From a virus (Duplodnaviria; Caudoviricetes): a stretch of DNA of 64,000 nt. How positions within the stretch are numbered: position 1 is the stretch's first letter; each line of letters starts with the position of its first letter. The stretch spans positions 14,512 to 78,511 of the IMG/VR virus record IMGVR_UViG_3300048598_000163; one strand, given 5' to 3'. A program made the translations under genes and the position numbers. Shown in pieces: positions 46,201 to 53,437 of this stretch. The notes beneath the pieces were generated by a model that had not been told where the DNA came from, made no database searches, and saw only the letters and a program-made list of their open reading frames with translations.

Positions 46201-46492
46201 CCTGCCCGGGTGTTTCATTAACTTGGTTTACGTTATTGGTTTTCAGGCCCATTTTCGGGGCCTTTTTGACCGGTTCAGCGGCCACGGCCGGCGCGGAATC
46301 GTCCCCGAAAAGATCGAATTGAGCCGATGTTACCGCCCCTGCTTTCGCCTCATTGGGAAGAACCCACGCCTTTTTCTGAAAGGTAGTCCCGTCCTTGTTC
46401 GTAACGGTAATCATTTTCATGACAAGCTTCGGGCTGCGGGACTTCTCAAGGACCTGCCGTACAGGAAGAAAGAATCTGGTAAACGCGTTCAT
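40265..46492 (-). CDS. DarB-like tagged protein: N6-adenine methyltransferase + SNF2 helicase
   Basis: 2075 aa; LEPSCGTGVF, FDHVVGNAPF, ALGTGFGKT, FVDEAH, LTATP, QRNGRIDRQGN. Confidence 0.9.
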   Translation of the reverse strand: MNAFTRFFLPVRQVLEKSRSPKLVMKMITVTNKDGTTFQKKAWVLPNEAKAGAVTSAQFDLFGDDSAPAVAAEPVKKAPKMGLKTNNVNQVNETPGQVPVNAHTGQVSAPKLGIVSVPNTGKKQNLTEYVVGGIYAGDEGIAGPWRGIYAGKGVFELTKVTEATPYNVGDLFKPTMPDTIEFAGRKAGYKPPKAAMINANSTMTEIMDARDEAHENGKAGTESMMEKLIHERLGEDRKPDPIDREVAKELQPAAYNTPKKQDRIYDTDGENRHPRTIVADANGDHWMELNSQDGVIEAVPITDGVPDMANAWHFKLKDELVFETGLTWNGKEEVSSSIESVDGIHDLGRSIVDTPFRDYGSWAASGKGLNPKARAELNKEVAGLLLKPRNELTDEDREKIRKYSGFGGIQADDERGVLYDFYTSPPVAKMTWQMLAKVAPIKLGGAALEPSCGTGVFFDVAPSDMSLQGVELDTRTAAAASILQGEADIATGSFEQFNLTNDRKFDHVVGNAPFGDRTIATSFMDMPEEKSLDRYFLSRSMDKLNAGGTMGMIVHPGVMDAKGNRDWRADMLKKGQFMGAVRLPDKSFKHTQTQVQPDILFFRKYPDEVANRLAQLDEDGLKAAGFWNEGWVEGSYYDAKPAHILGEKQEGAGNWGRDVISGDLTLSGMDDAVSTFTPEPDAGIQQLETLRSMTTDAAPKKESKDTALLTPEEAEAVAAKSLTPGMTKSIYGKLYRLNTNHRWERVIGSNEEAAEKVEKVKAIAAKVKQIRDAMQNGEPVDDLQANTRELIQLYTESYGSAPDDDKDIKRVLNANRSLAGVYEGLVKIDDNVLTMQNIYHKEIDIVDGHNPAITALMTLGRNHIDATPESLTQYFPNGIDDLLAEMKANLDVFLTTEGVYQLREDFIAGNAWEKIDALQEAISARSGHQWDDEVAKWKHGIAELEKAAGWVPIEDADYMPQSSWIPEEIIDKWVKDDDGLGRGYVFGPGTGGNGFYRYKTPEKFFCRNEEGKWGIRDGENGDWHEEADETVYYLNSQKQRSQRIDTAAYNQRADDSFKNWVATTPDVRAQLETLYNKMFNGEIGAPTKTYSIKIDGWNPDIVIQPWQWQTIHHLYRNGKGISALGTGFGKTYAGIALMALLRQEGLIKRPMLQVPNNKVKDWVKYIGKAMPGLKVGAMDPETEGYGNQVKRYKMYQDLANGDYDVIILPETSASEIQLRPENDEAITSSIVAEQTMEKTAGKSARKNETAKESAKKKLENGKTNQTINFEDLGVDAIFVDEAHRNKNLFTSSLSRETGLNDGRRSERAMSLFKKNEYIRRNHDGKNVFFLTATPLTNSPLEYYNMLMHVAPEELTKLGIKNIDGFIKNFADIRVEQKCDWSTGSVKEGNVLKGFKNLRTLQDMFFKYTDLQNDPTKIGLKKPKADNHPNVIPMQADQTAELKSLSEELEKFKNMSKEDRAESHQNYLTFYSRMRTASLDLELYDPVRFKGWRNEKLETLVRNAADSYNATGGGQVIFCDRVVSGDGTFNLHDKIKKSLIAQGFKESDIIVVNGVTKAGGKKSDEAVGREVSAAIDGYNKGKYKVIVGTTQTMGEGVNLQKNSAALHHFDIPYRPSDFIQRNGRIDRQGNAQGQVALHTYMSAGTIDNYSVGLVQGKANWIDQLLKTKSNVFVNPNDDSYVDPDELMLALTEEWGDKDKANERRAEMNRKKEGAIKETNQNKVHDLLASLSMMRGAVKSYSGDKGTIQYQNRVRKIQNIEESLRANPEFKNLDIISAKNPDFIYDKVNRKVYQPGDVFCNRFGVYKIRAINHKNNEIAFEIIHSFENHYSHKEKMLEWTVGKDFPTGTQGMTYLKKPTASDIEKQAAIYKPDSFVAQDGDFKRDNYRKYIEAAATGTYFVKEPDGSVKIEAKNSYGNGISKETVVLNPYDPAQRKEIDEAMAKKDKMPYLYGHKDEDPVNIDSGATRHIQDFSRKEYRAWKGSGVVDAHASNSWKVISTILGEVNKATGESLSEYDLKHKIEDNPDYEVEHEPVGPHGSHELVYRKKKMEKSIYDGFRVPKIGIMVNRSVKYGILR

Positions 46493-47778
46493 TTAGATAC
46501 CTCCACGTTGTAAATCTCATTGATGCGGTCAAGATAGCCGGGCGTTGAGTCGTTCAACTTGCGCGTGCCCTTGGACCGGAATTCCGCTTCCGCCTGCTTG
46601 CAGGCCTTCGCCCACGCTTCCTCGCGATCCTTCATCTTGGCAAGCGCGGCGTTCACGGCGTCGTCTTTTTTCCCGGGCGGCAGCCATTTCGTCCATATAC
46701 CGCGGCAATACGGGTGCTGGCTTCCCGCCGCTACCCATTCCTCTGACGCTTTCATGCCTACGCGGCTCTTTCCTTCCCATATCGCTATTTTCGCGTAAGG
46801 GTCGTCTATCTTCTCGTCGTCGAGCGGCACGTCAGACCAGCGAGCCACAAGCCCGTTGATCTTTTTGCAGTGCGCGCAGGTCACGCCGTCGATTATTTCC
46901 ATTCTCTGAAAGTAAAGCGGGGCCCCGTCCGGGGTGATCGAGCGCTCCGACACCATCATGGCGTTATTCATTGCGTCATTGGTCTCGGTTTCTACTATCC
47001 GCTTCCAGTCACGATTCAGGTCACCGAATTTGTCGAACAGATCCTGCGCTATCTCGCCTTTCGTTTTCCGTTCTTTGATTCCGTTCAGGAAAACCTTCTT
47101 GATGGCCCCCCTGGTTTCATCGGTCACCTTCGTGATGTGTTCCGCGCACAATTCCTGGGCTACGGCCATTCGGTCCATTTCTTCGTCGGCAACCTTGAAG
47201 AGCTTCCGGTAGTTTTCCTCGCCCGAGAACTCGCCGGCCTTCCATTTCTGGTATTCAAGCTCTTCGTACCGGGCCTGCCGGACGGCATCCCATGTGTTGT
47301 ACTTGAGCATCCGGTCGAGAACCTTTCCGAGAGCCGAAGAATCGAGAACGATCCGGTCACTGGCATTGGCGACCTTCCGGTTCAAGAAATCCTCAACGGC
47401 CTTTATGAAGTCCTTCCACTGTTTCCGCGTGATTGGCTTACCGGTTTCAGGCGCATAGAGAATTTTCCCTTTATAGATGAGCGGATCGGAGCCGCGCGCC
47501 TTGCTGAATGTCGTCACCCTTGGGAGGTCGAACGTATTGCAGCACGTATTGTAGATGAGGTCGAGCAGCCCCGCATAGAAATAGATCCACTGATTCACGA
47601 GGTCTTCGTATGCCTGGAAAGGAAACTTCTCGCCGTTCTCCTTGTCGGGGTCTTTGCGGCGCAGGGTAACAGGCAGATCGAGCGCTTTCGCGAGTGCATC
47701 GGAAGCAGCAAGAAACTTCTCTTTCCTGTTCGCTTCCGTGATTGCTGTCACCGTTATCTTTATATCCTTCATTACCAC
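46489..47778 (-). CDS. MuF / SPP1 gp7-like head morphogenesis protein
   Basis: WKRIVETE, VTCAHC, QHPYCRG; next to the portal. Confidence 0.85.
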   Translation of the reverse strand: MVMKDIKITVTAITEANRKEKFLAASDALAKALDLPVTLRRKDPDKENGEKFPFQAYEDLVNQWIYFYAGLLDLIYNTCCNTFDLPRVTTFSKARGSDPLIYKGKILYAPETGKPITRKQWKDFIKAVEDFLNRKVANASDRIVLDSSALGKVLDRMLKYNTWDAVRQARYEELEYQKWKAGEFSGEENYRKLFKVADEEMDRMAVAQELCAEHITKVTDETRGAIKKVFLNGIKERKTKGEIAQDLFDKFGDLNRDWKRIVETETNDAMNNAMMVSERSITPDGAPLYFQRMEIIDGVTCAHCKKINGLVARWSDVPLDDEKIDDPYAKIAIWEGKSRVGMKASEEWVAAGSQHPYCRGIWTKWLPPGKKDDAVNAALAKMKDREEAWAKACKQAEAEFRSKGTRKLNDSTPGYLDRINEIYNVEVSK

Positions 47779-47779
47779 G

Positions 47780-48736
47780 TTACCGCCCCAGCTTCAGATT
47801 CCGAATAAAAAGGCCGATTGATTTTTTCAGCGGCTTTTTGTCTGAAAATGCCTCCATCTTTGCAACGAGGGCTTTGGTCTTTTCAGGATCGTCGGTATTG
47901 ACCATGAACTCCCACTTATCGCATCCCGGCTTCTTCACTTCGAGCGAAACGCCATTCGCGCGCCAAAGGGGCTCATGCCCTCCGTTTAACGCGTGCTCAT
48001 CGCGTGAGCCACGCGTGCCCTTCGCGTGAAATACTTCATCTATCGCATTGGCAACGGCGTACGTGTCAGGGTACTTACCGCCGTGCAGCTTGTGGTTTTT
48101 CATCATGGAGAACGCTTCACGTACTTCATACAAGGCGCTCGTGGTGTCTATTGCTCTTTTCTCAATCGCGCTTGCCAGGTCGTATGTCGTTTTGAACAGG
48201 TCCCCGTGATAGGTGAAGTTCCGGACTTCGTTCAGGGCTGAATATGCGTCCTTGAGGATTTCCGGCCCTTTGATACGACCGCGCGGGTCTCCGGGTGATT
48301 TACCGTCGCCGCCCGTGCTGGCCGCCGGTTCATCACTATTCTCGAAAATGTTCTTGTCCCGACCGCCCTGAACGCTCGCCGCTATCTGCGCGGCCGTGGG
48401 CAATTCCTTTCCCGCCTGCGTCCCCCATTCAACCGTACCGTTTTCATCCTCGAGATATACAAAACCGTCACGCAGCTTGACCGAGAGGTCTTTGCCGTCG
48501 AGCGTTATCTTGTCGCCGTTCTTTACCGGCCGAGAGGCGACTTGTTTTGCTCCAACCTCTTCCATATCGAAAAGAGACCCTTGCGGAGTCCCTTCAGTCT
48601 TTTTCTCTTCAGGATCGACCCAGAAGGTCATCTGGAACGCCTTTCCGCCACGGGTAACGGTTCTCTTTACCGGAACCAATCGGCCGCCCTTTTGAGACTT
48701 TTCCAACACGTCGCTCTTGATCTGAACTACCAGCAT
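47780..48736 (-). CDS. Tagged hypothetical protein
   Basis: VLEKS..GRLVPVKRTVTRGGKAFQMTFWVDP, QGSLF, C-terminal LKKS; start moved to ATG 48736 (GGGAGG RBS). Confidence 0.75.
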   Translation of the reverse strand: MLVVQIKSDVLEKSQKGGRLVPVKRTVTRGGKAFQMTFWVDPEEKKTEGTPQGSLFDMEEVGAKQVASRPVKNGDKITLDGKDLSVKLRDGFVYLEDENGTVEWGTQAGKELPTAAQIAASVQGGRDKNIFENSDEPAASTGGDGKSPGDPRGRIKGPEILKDAYSALNEVRNFTYHGDLFKTTYDLASAIEKRAIDTTSALYEVREAFSMMKNHKLHGGKYPDTYAVANAIDEVFHAKGTRGSRDEHALNGGHEPLWRANGVSLEVKKPGCDKWEFMVNTDDPEKTKALVAKMEAFSDKKPLKKSIGLFIRNLKLGR

Positions 48737-48755
48737 ATTCCCTCCCGTGACACTT

Positions 48756-50546
48756 TTAGACGATGATTTCGATCGTTTCATTAACCGATCCCGGCGTTAT
48801 GGACTTGTGCATCCCGTCTTTGATGCCTCGCCCTGCTTTCTTGTTGTCGCTAGAATCGCCGTCGTTATTGGCCTCTCCGTCGTTTTCGCTTCCAAAGGCG
48901 TCGAATATCGAGCGCCCGGATTTCTGCCCAGTTCCGGCATTGGGCTCTTTTTCGCCCGCGCCGCCCCCGTTGTCATCCCCTCCGGTAATCATGCTCCGGT
49001 ACCGTGAGAACGGATCCTTTCCGGCCGCTGCACCGTCGCCGGTATCACCACCCTGGTCATCGCCTGCCGCCCCGGGCGCCGCCGGAGCTCCCCCAGCTTG
49101 CCCACCAGCGGCAGCATCACCACCGCCCTGCTGCGAGCTCTGGAAGAGCTGAACCGCATAGGGGTTGAGCGGGATCATGGACCACGGCTGCTTGAACGGC
49201 TTCAATCCGGATTCTACGCGAATCTCGTCGATGGTCTTGAATGTGCGGAGTTCCGCCTCGCGGGTGTTATTCTTTACGCCCGGATCATCGCGCTCATATC
49301 CCATGAATTCGAAGTCGAAGCGAGGATCGAGCTTATCAAGAATCTTCTGGTAGTGGCTTTCGAGGAACGAAAGGGAGGTAGCGAGTCCGCGCGCCTTCGA
49401 AGCGTCGATCTTCGGTCCTACGTTGTCACCGAGAACTGAACCGCTCTTGCTCGTCTTTATTCCCAGCTCTTCAAGGTCAACGCCAAAGAGGGCCGACACG
49501 CTCGACCAGATGGTTTCCGTCCACTGGCTAAACTCCATATCCTTGTTCGAGCCCTGAAGGGAAACCCATTCGACCTTTCGTCCGGCATCGCCGGTACCGC
49601 TTGCGCCAGCCGGGAGTATCGGGACGCGCCATTTCGAGCCCGGGCCGCCGGACATGATGTTGATGAGGTAATCCTCCATCATTTCGACTTCTTCCGTGTC
49701 GGCGTCTCCCTGAAGGAGGAGCATACCGCGCGGGAGGCGATCCTCTGTGAAGAATCCCGAGTTGTAGACGAAGCTGTTTATCATCGCAAGGATGAGCTCT
49801 ATGGCCTGCTCGACGTAGGAATAACCATATCCGGAATGGTCAACGTCAGTACGCGGGTTCATGTAGTCGAATATGAGATCGTCGCGGGTGAACATGGCAG
49901 TGGTCTGTAACTGGACTTGCTGGATGTACTTGATACGGTCGTTGCCATCATAGCCCTCTTCAGAGCATTTCAGGATCGTGGCAGGGTCAATAGCCCAAAA
50001 TGCGTACACCTTGCGTGTCATCGTGTGCTGAAGCTCGCTTGTTACCTGGTCGAGGGTATACACGTCGCGAATGGCCTTTGTTGCGTGCTGGACAAGCTTG
50101 TCCTCGCGGTCCGGGTCATCTCCGAATCCGGTATTCACGAAGAACGCCGTGTACCTCTTGATGAGATCCTTGTCCTCGGCGCTCGGCGTCGCTTCCTTGT
50201 CCTTGAGGCGTATCTGGAATCCCCGGATGTTGTTATCCGTGGACGGCTTCAAAAAGGGCTGTACCTGCCTTGAGAGGTGCCCGATTATCGCGTTTATGAG
50301 CCACGCCTTCTCTGATATACGGCGAAGCACGCTGTAGTCGATGGATCGGTTCGGCTCGATGATGTTCCGGCTTCCGCGATACATTAACCGATTCATTGGA
50401 TTGACGGTCATGGCCCTTGTGGGCAGTACCGCGCGCGGCGAATTAGTGCCCGCTGCCGGCATTGATTTCTCTTCAGGTTTTACTACGTGAGCCTTTTGTA
50501 AATGCGCCAAAAGCTGACTTGGCGATATATTGATCTGGTTCTTCAT
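48756..50546 (-). CDS. Portal protein
   Basis: 596 aa after TerL; FWAIDPATI, YGYSYVEQA, PRGMLLL, FGVDLEELG, KTIDEIR; low-complexity C-tail. Confidence 0.92.
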   Translation of the reverse strand: MKNQINISPSQLLAHLQKAHVVKPEEKSMPAAGTNSPRAVLPTRAMTVNPMNRLMYRGSRNIIEPNRSIDYSVLRRISEKAWLINAIIGHLSRQVQPFLKPSTDNNIRGFQIRLKDKEATPSAEDKDLIKRYTAFFVNTGFGDDPDREDKLVQHATKAIRDVYTLDQVTSELQHTMTRKVYAFWAIDPATILKCSEEGYDGNDRIKYIQQVQLQTTAMFTRDDLIFDYMNPRTDVDHSGYGYSYVEQAIELILAMINSFVYNSGFFTEDRLPRGMLLLQGDADTEEVEMMEDYLINIMSGGPGSKWRVPILPAGASGTGDAGRKVEWVSLQGSNKDMEFSQWTETIWSSVSALFGVDLEELGIKTSKSGSVLGDNVGPKIDASKARGLATSLSFLESHYQKILDKLDPRFDFEFMGYERDDPGVKNNTREAELRTFKTIDEIRVESGLKPFKQPWSMIPLNPYAVQLFQSSQQGGGDAAAGGQAGGAPAAPGAAGDDQGGDTGDGAAAGKDPFSRYRSMITGGDDNGGGAGEKEPNAGTGQKSGRSIFDAFGSENDGEANNDGDSSDNKKAGRGIKDGMHKSITPGSVNETIEIIV

Positions 50547-52147
50547 TTCCGCGTCCTCCCCATCCTTGCCAATACCGCAGCGGCCGACCGGGGCCGCGAT
50601 ACCTTTTTCTCTTGTTGCGTCGTTACCTGGATAGCCTCGCCGCGCTTCTTGGCCGCATATTGCTTGTAGAAGTCCGGCTTATTATGCGCCTCTGCGATAA
50701 CGGATACCGCGTGATAAGCCAAGGCCCATGCCCAGAAGCTATCAGCGTGCCCGGAATCGTCTCGTTGAGCGTCATATCGGAACCGCCCGGCGAGCGTCGC
50801 TATCCTCTTGATTGAATGAATCTGCTTGTGGAATTTCGAGTCATTTTGTAGCAGGAACTCGCCCTTTTCGAGGCCAGCGCGAACGCCTATTGCCAAAACT
50901 TCCTTTGATTCCGGTGTGAAAAGAATGCCTTCAATTTTTGAACTACCAAACTCGTCCTGAAGCTTCTCACAAAGCGGCTCGCCCTGTCCAGTCTGATCCA
51001 TACAGACGCGCACGACAGGGAGATTCTTCAGGATCTTTCGGAGGCAATCCATTTGCACCTCGAATTTGGTATTGGTCATCTCAATTTCGGCCACTGACCG
51101 GCACTTCCCGTCATTCGTGATACCGATAACAAAGACCACGGCGGCGTCCCGGCGGCGCGCTACGTCGTATCCCGCATATATGCGCCCATGGATCGCGGGG
51201 TCATACCCCAGAATCAGGTCATCGGCGGAGCGAAAGGCGTGAATCTCGATGTCCGGCTCTTCGGAGTCATCCGGGAGCTCTGCAGAACGATCGCCCTCGC
51301 GCATTCCCGGCGTGTTCGCGTGAATGAGGTCAAGGGTTATGTACGAACTCGCGGAGTCCACGAACGTGCATTCGAATTCCTGCTGGAAGTCCTCAAGAAA
51401 CATGGAATAGTAGATGGCCTTGAGCGCCGGAAGTCCGAACAGCTCCACCCGATCCTCTGTTTCCATGTGCGCGGCAAGCTTTACCGCCTCTTCTACGTTG
51501 CTGCACAATGCTGAAGAAACCCACCACGGCACGTTAAGCCGGGCGTATTCCCCGTATTTCTGCCTATCCACGCAGATGTCATAGAAGGTCCCGATCTTCC
51601 CGAGAGGCGTGCTCCCGGCTTCCAGGCAGCCACCGCGCGCGATTACCGGGAGTCCGGCCGTATAGATGATTCTCGCCTTGTTTGACGGGTAAATGCCCAT
51701 TTCGTCGAAGCAGATGTCACCGCCCTTACCACGCGGCGGACGGCACGCAATGGAAATGAGGCGGCTTGTGGTTTTCTTGTTCTTGTCCAGGAATTCGAGC
51801 TGTGTTTTCGTGTCTGATACGATCGGCTTGCGCCACTTCTTTGGTATGGAGTAATAGAACTCGCGCGCGTAGTTGATCTTCTCTTTGGCGTCGTCCTCAT
51901 TGTAGGAAATATACTGCTTGGTGTACTTAATCCTTGCCGGGTCCTGTGCTTTGGCAGTCCCCTTGAGCGCGGCCGCGAATGAAAAACCGGTGCGTCGGCT
52001 CTTGAGCACCAGAACGAACCGGTTGTTGAGCTTTATGTAGGATTCCTGCCAGAAGTCGAGGGCGAGATCACGCTCATCGACCTTCACCATGGCGTCGAGA
52101 TAGTTGAGTCTTTCGGTGGGAGTCCAGACTTTTCCTACTGTAGCCAC
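50543..52147 (-). CDS. terL: Terminase large subunit
   Basis: LKSRRTGFS (Walker A-like), ICFDEMG (Walker B), AGYDVARRRD and HADSFWAWALA nuclease motifs. Confidence 0.95.
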   Translation of the reverse strand: MATVGKVWTPTERLNYLDAMVKVDERDLALDFWQESYIKLNNRFVLVLKSRRTGFSFAAALKGTAKAQDPARIKYTKQYISYNEDDAKEKINYAREFYYSIPKKWRKPIVSDTKTQLEFLDKNKKTTSRLISIACRPPRGKGGDICFDEMGIYPSNKARIIYTAGLPVIARGGCLEAGSTPLGKIGTFYDICVDRQKYGEYARLNVPWWVSSALCSNVEEAVKLAAHMETEDRVELFGLPALKAIYYSMFLEDFQQEFECTFVDSASSYITLDLIHANTPGMREGDRSAELPDDSEEPDIEIHAFRSADDLILGYDPAIHGRIYAGYDVARRRDAAVVFVIGITNDGKCRSVAEIEMTNTKFEVQMDCLRKILKNLPVVRVCMDQTGQGEPLCEKLQDEFGSSKIEGILFTPESKEVLAIGVRAGLEKGEFLLQNDSKFHKQIHSIKRIATLAGRFRYDAQRDDSGHADSFWAWALAYHAVSVIAEAHNKPDFYKQYAAKKRGEAIQVTTQQEKKVSRPRSAAAVLARMGRTRK

Positions 52148-52177
52148 AAAATACCCCTATTTTTGACTATCATTGAT

Positions 52178-53026
52178 TTACTCCTCTTCCGGTAATCCGG
52201 CCGGAGCGTCCAAAATACCAGCCTGCGCGGCCAATTCGTCATTTTTCCGACGTACTGTCATCTTCAGGGATAAACGGTCTTTTACGATGTCGGCCACCGC
52301 TTCAACGTCGTATTCATCCGTGTCAGTCTTTCCGATTGATTCACGATAGAGGCGAATGATGTCGTCCATGGATTTGTCCCGGTTAGGGAGGTTGTAGACC
52401 CTGATTCCCCGTTGAGACTTATAGTCCACGCCGTCAATAAGCTCTTGCAGTTCCGGAGCGAGTTCGTCAATATCCTTGAGAACTTCCACCTCATAGGACT
52501 TCTTGGTGTCCGGATCTATCCTTGTCGCCTTCTTGTAGAAGTCCTTTATGTTGAAATTGGCCCGGCTGATCTTCCGGTCGATGATCTTGTCGTATTCGTC
52601 GGCGAGTTTGGTCTCCCGGAGCGTCTTGAGTATCCGGTTAACCTCTTTCTGGATTTCTGGCCTCGCCTTGTGGCGGCTCCCTATGCACGAGGCCGCGGTC
52701 TTTGCGTACCCGGCGAGTAGCGCAGCGTTATGGCCGTTCTTGTAGCCCTCATCCCCCGGAAAGGTGTACCAGAACACCCAGCGCTTTTCCTTATCCGAGA
52801 GTTTGCACCCTTCCGTCCAGTCTATCGTGTCGATATCTACGGCGGCGCCCGAGGCGAGCTGATTCTTGAGCCCTGCAGGGCGTTCCTTGCGCTTCGGCGC
52901 GTCTTTCTTCGCCTTCCCAGTGCCTGCGGCTGTTTTACCCTTTGCCGGGGCCTTGGCGGCCTTCCCGGCCTTCCCGGCGGGTTTGGCTCCCTTTGCGGGA
53001 CCCTTAGTCGATTTCGATTCCGGCAT
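52178..53026 (-). CDS. Terminase small subunit-like protein with K/A-rich N-tail
   Basis: Directly upstream of TerL; LSDKEKRWVFWY..NGHNAALLAGYA..GSRHKARPEIQKEV HTH-type motif. Confidence 0.75.
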   Translation of the reverse strand: MPESKSTKGPAKGAKPAGKAGKAAKAPAKGKTAAGTGKAKKDAPKRKERPAGLKNQLASGAAVDIDTIDWTEGCKLSDKEKRWVFWYTFPGDEGYKNGHNAALLAGYAKTAASCIGSRHKARPEIQKEVNRILKTLRETKLADEYDKIIDRKISRANFNIKDFYKKATRIDPDTKKSYEVEVLKDIDELAPELQELIDGVDYKSQRGIRVYNLPNRDKSMDDIIRLYRESIGKTDTDEYDVEAVADIVKDRLSLKMTVRRKNDELAAQAGILDAPAGLPEEE

Positions 53027-53183
53027 CGGCCCCTTCCTCTCTGCATACGTGCAGCGGATACCCCTCTACCGGGCGGCCAGTCTCATTCACAATGACAATA
53101 GGATCAACATCGCAGATAAAGAGGTTCATCCCGTCATGGGAGGTGATGTATTTGACTGGTTGTTCGCATCGCTTGCAGTTCAT
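53004..53183 (-). CDS. 59-aa Zn-finger protein B (missing from the ORF track)
   Basis: MNCKRCEQPVKYITSHDGMNLFICDVDPIVIVNETGRPVEGYPLHVCREEGADAGIEID; ATGA-coupled to 53180-53437. Confidence 0.65.
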   Translation of the reverse strand: MNCKRCEQPVKYITSHDGMNLFICDVDPIVIVNETGRPVEGYPLHVCREEGADAGIEID

Positions 53184-53437
53184 CGTATTGCCATAACCTC
53201 ACCGGGTAGCCCGGGATGCGGATCAGGCTTCGGTCCCTTACGCACAACAAGGACCCGGCGTACATGTTCCGGCGCATCGCCGTAGCAGTCCTTCATGTCT
53301 TGCGGCCGCCATTCCAGCGCGTCAGAGACGGCAGTGATGACGCCTTTCTGGAAGCGGATCGTAATCGAGCCGAAAACTTCCTGCTGGCATAGATCATCGA
53401 GATATGCGTGATATTCCTTATCTGCCGGTTGTCCCAC
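53180..53437 (-). CDS. Small DUF2292-like protein
   Basis: VFGSITIRFQKGVI resembles the DUF2292 core; GTG start. Confidence 0.55.
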   Translation of the reverse strand: MGQPADKEYHAYLDDLCQQEVFGSITIRFQKGVITAVSDALEWRPQDMKDCYGDAPEHVRRVLVVRKGPKPDPHPGLPGEVMAIR

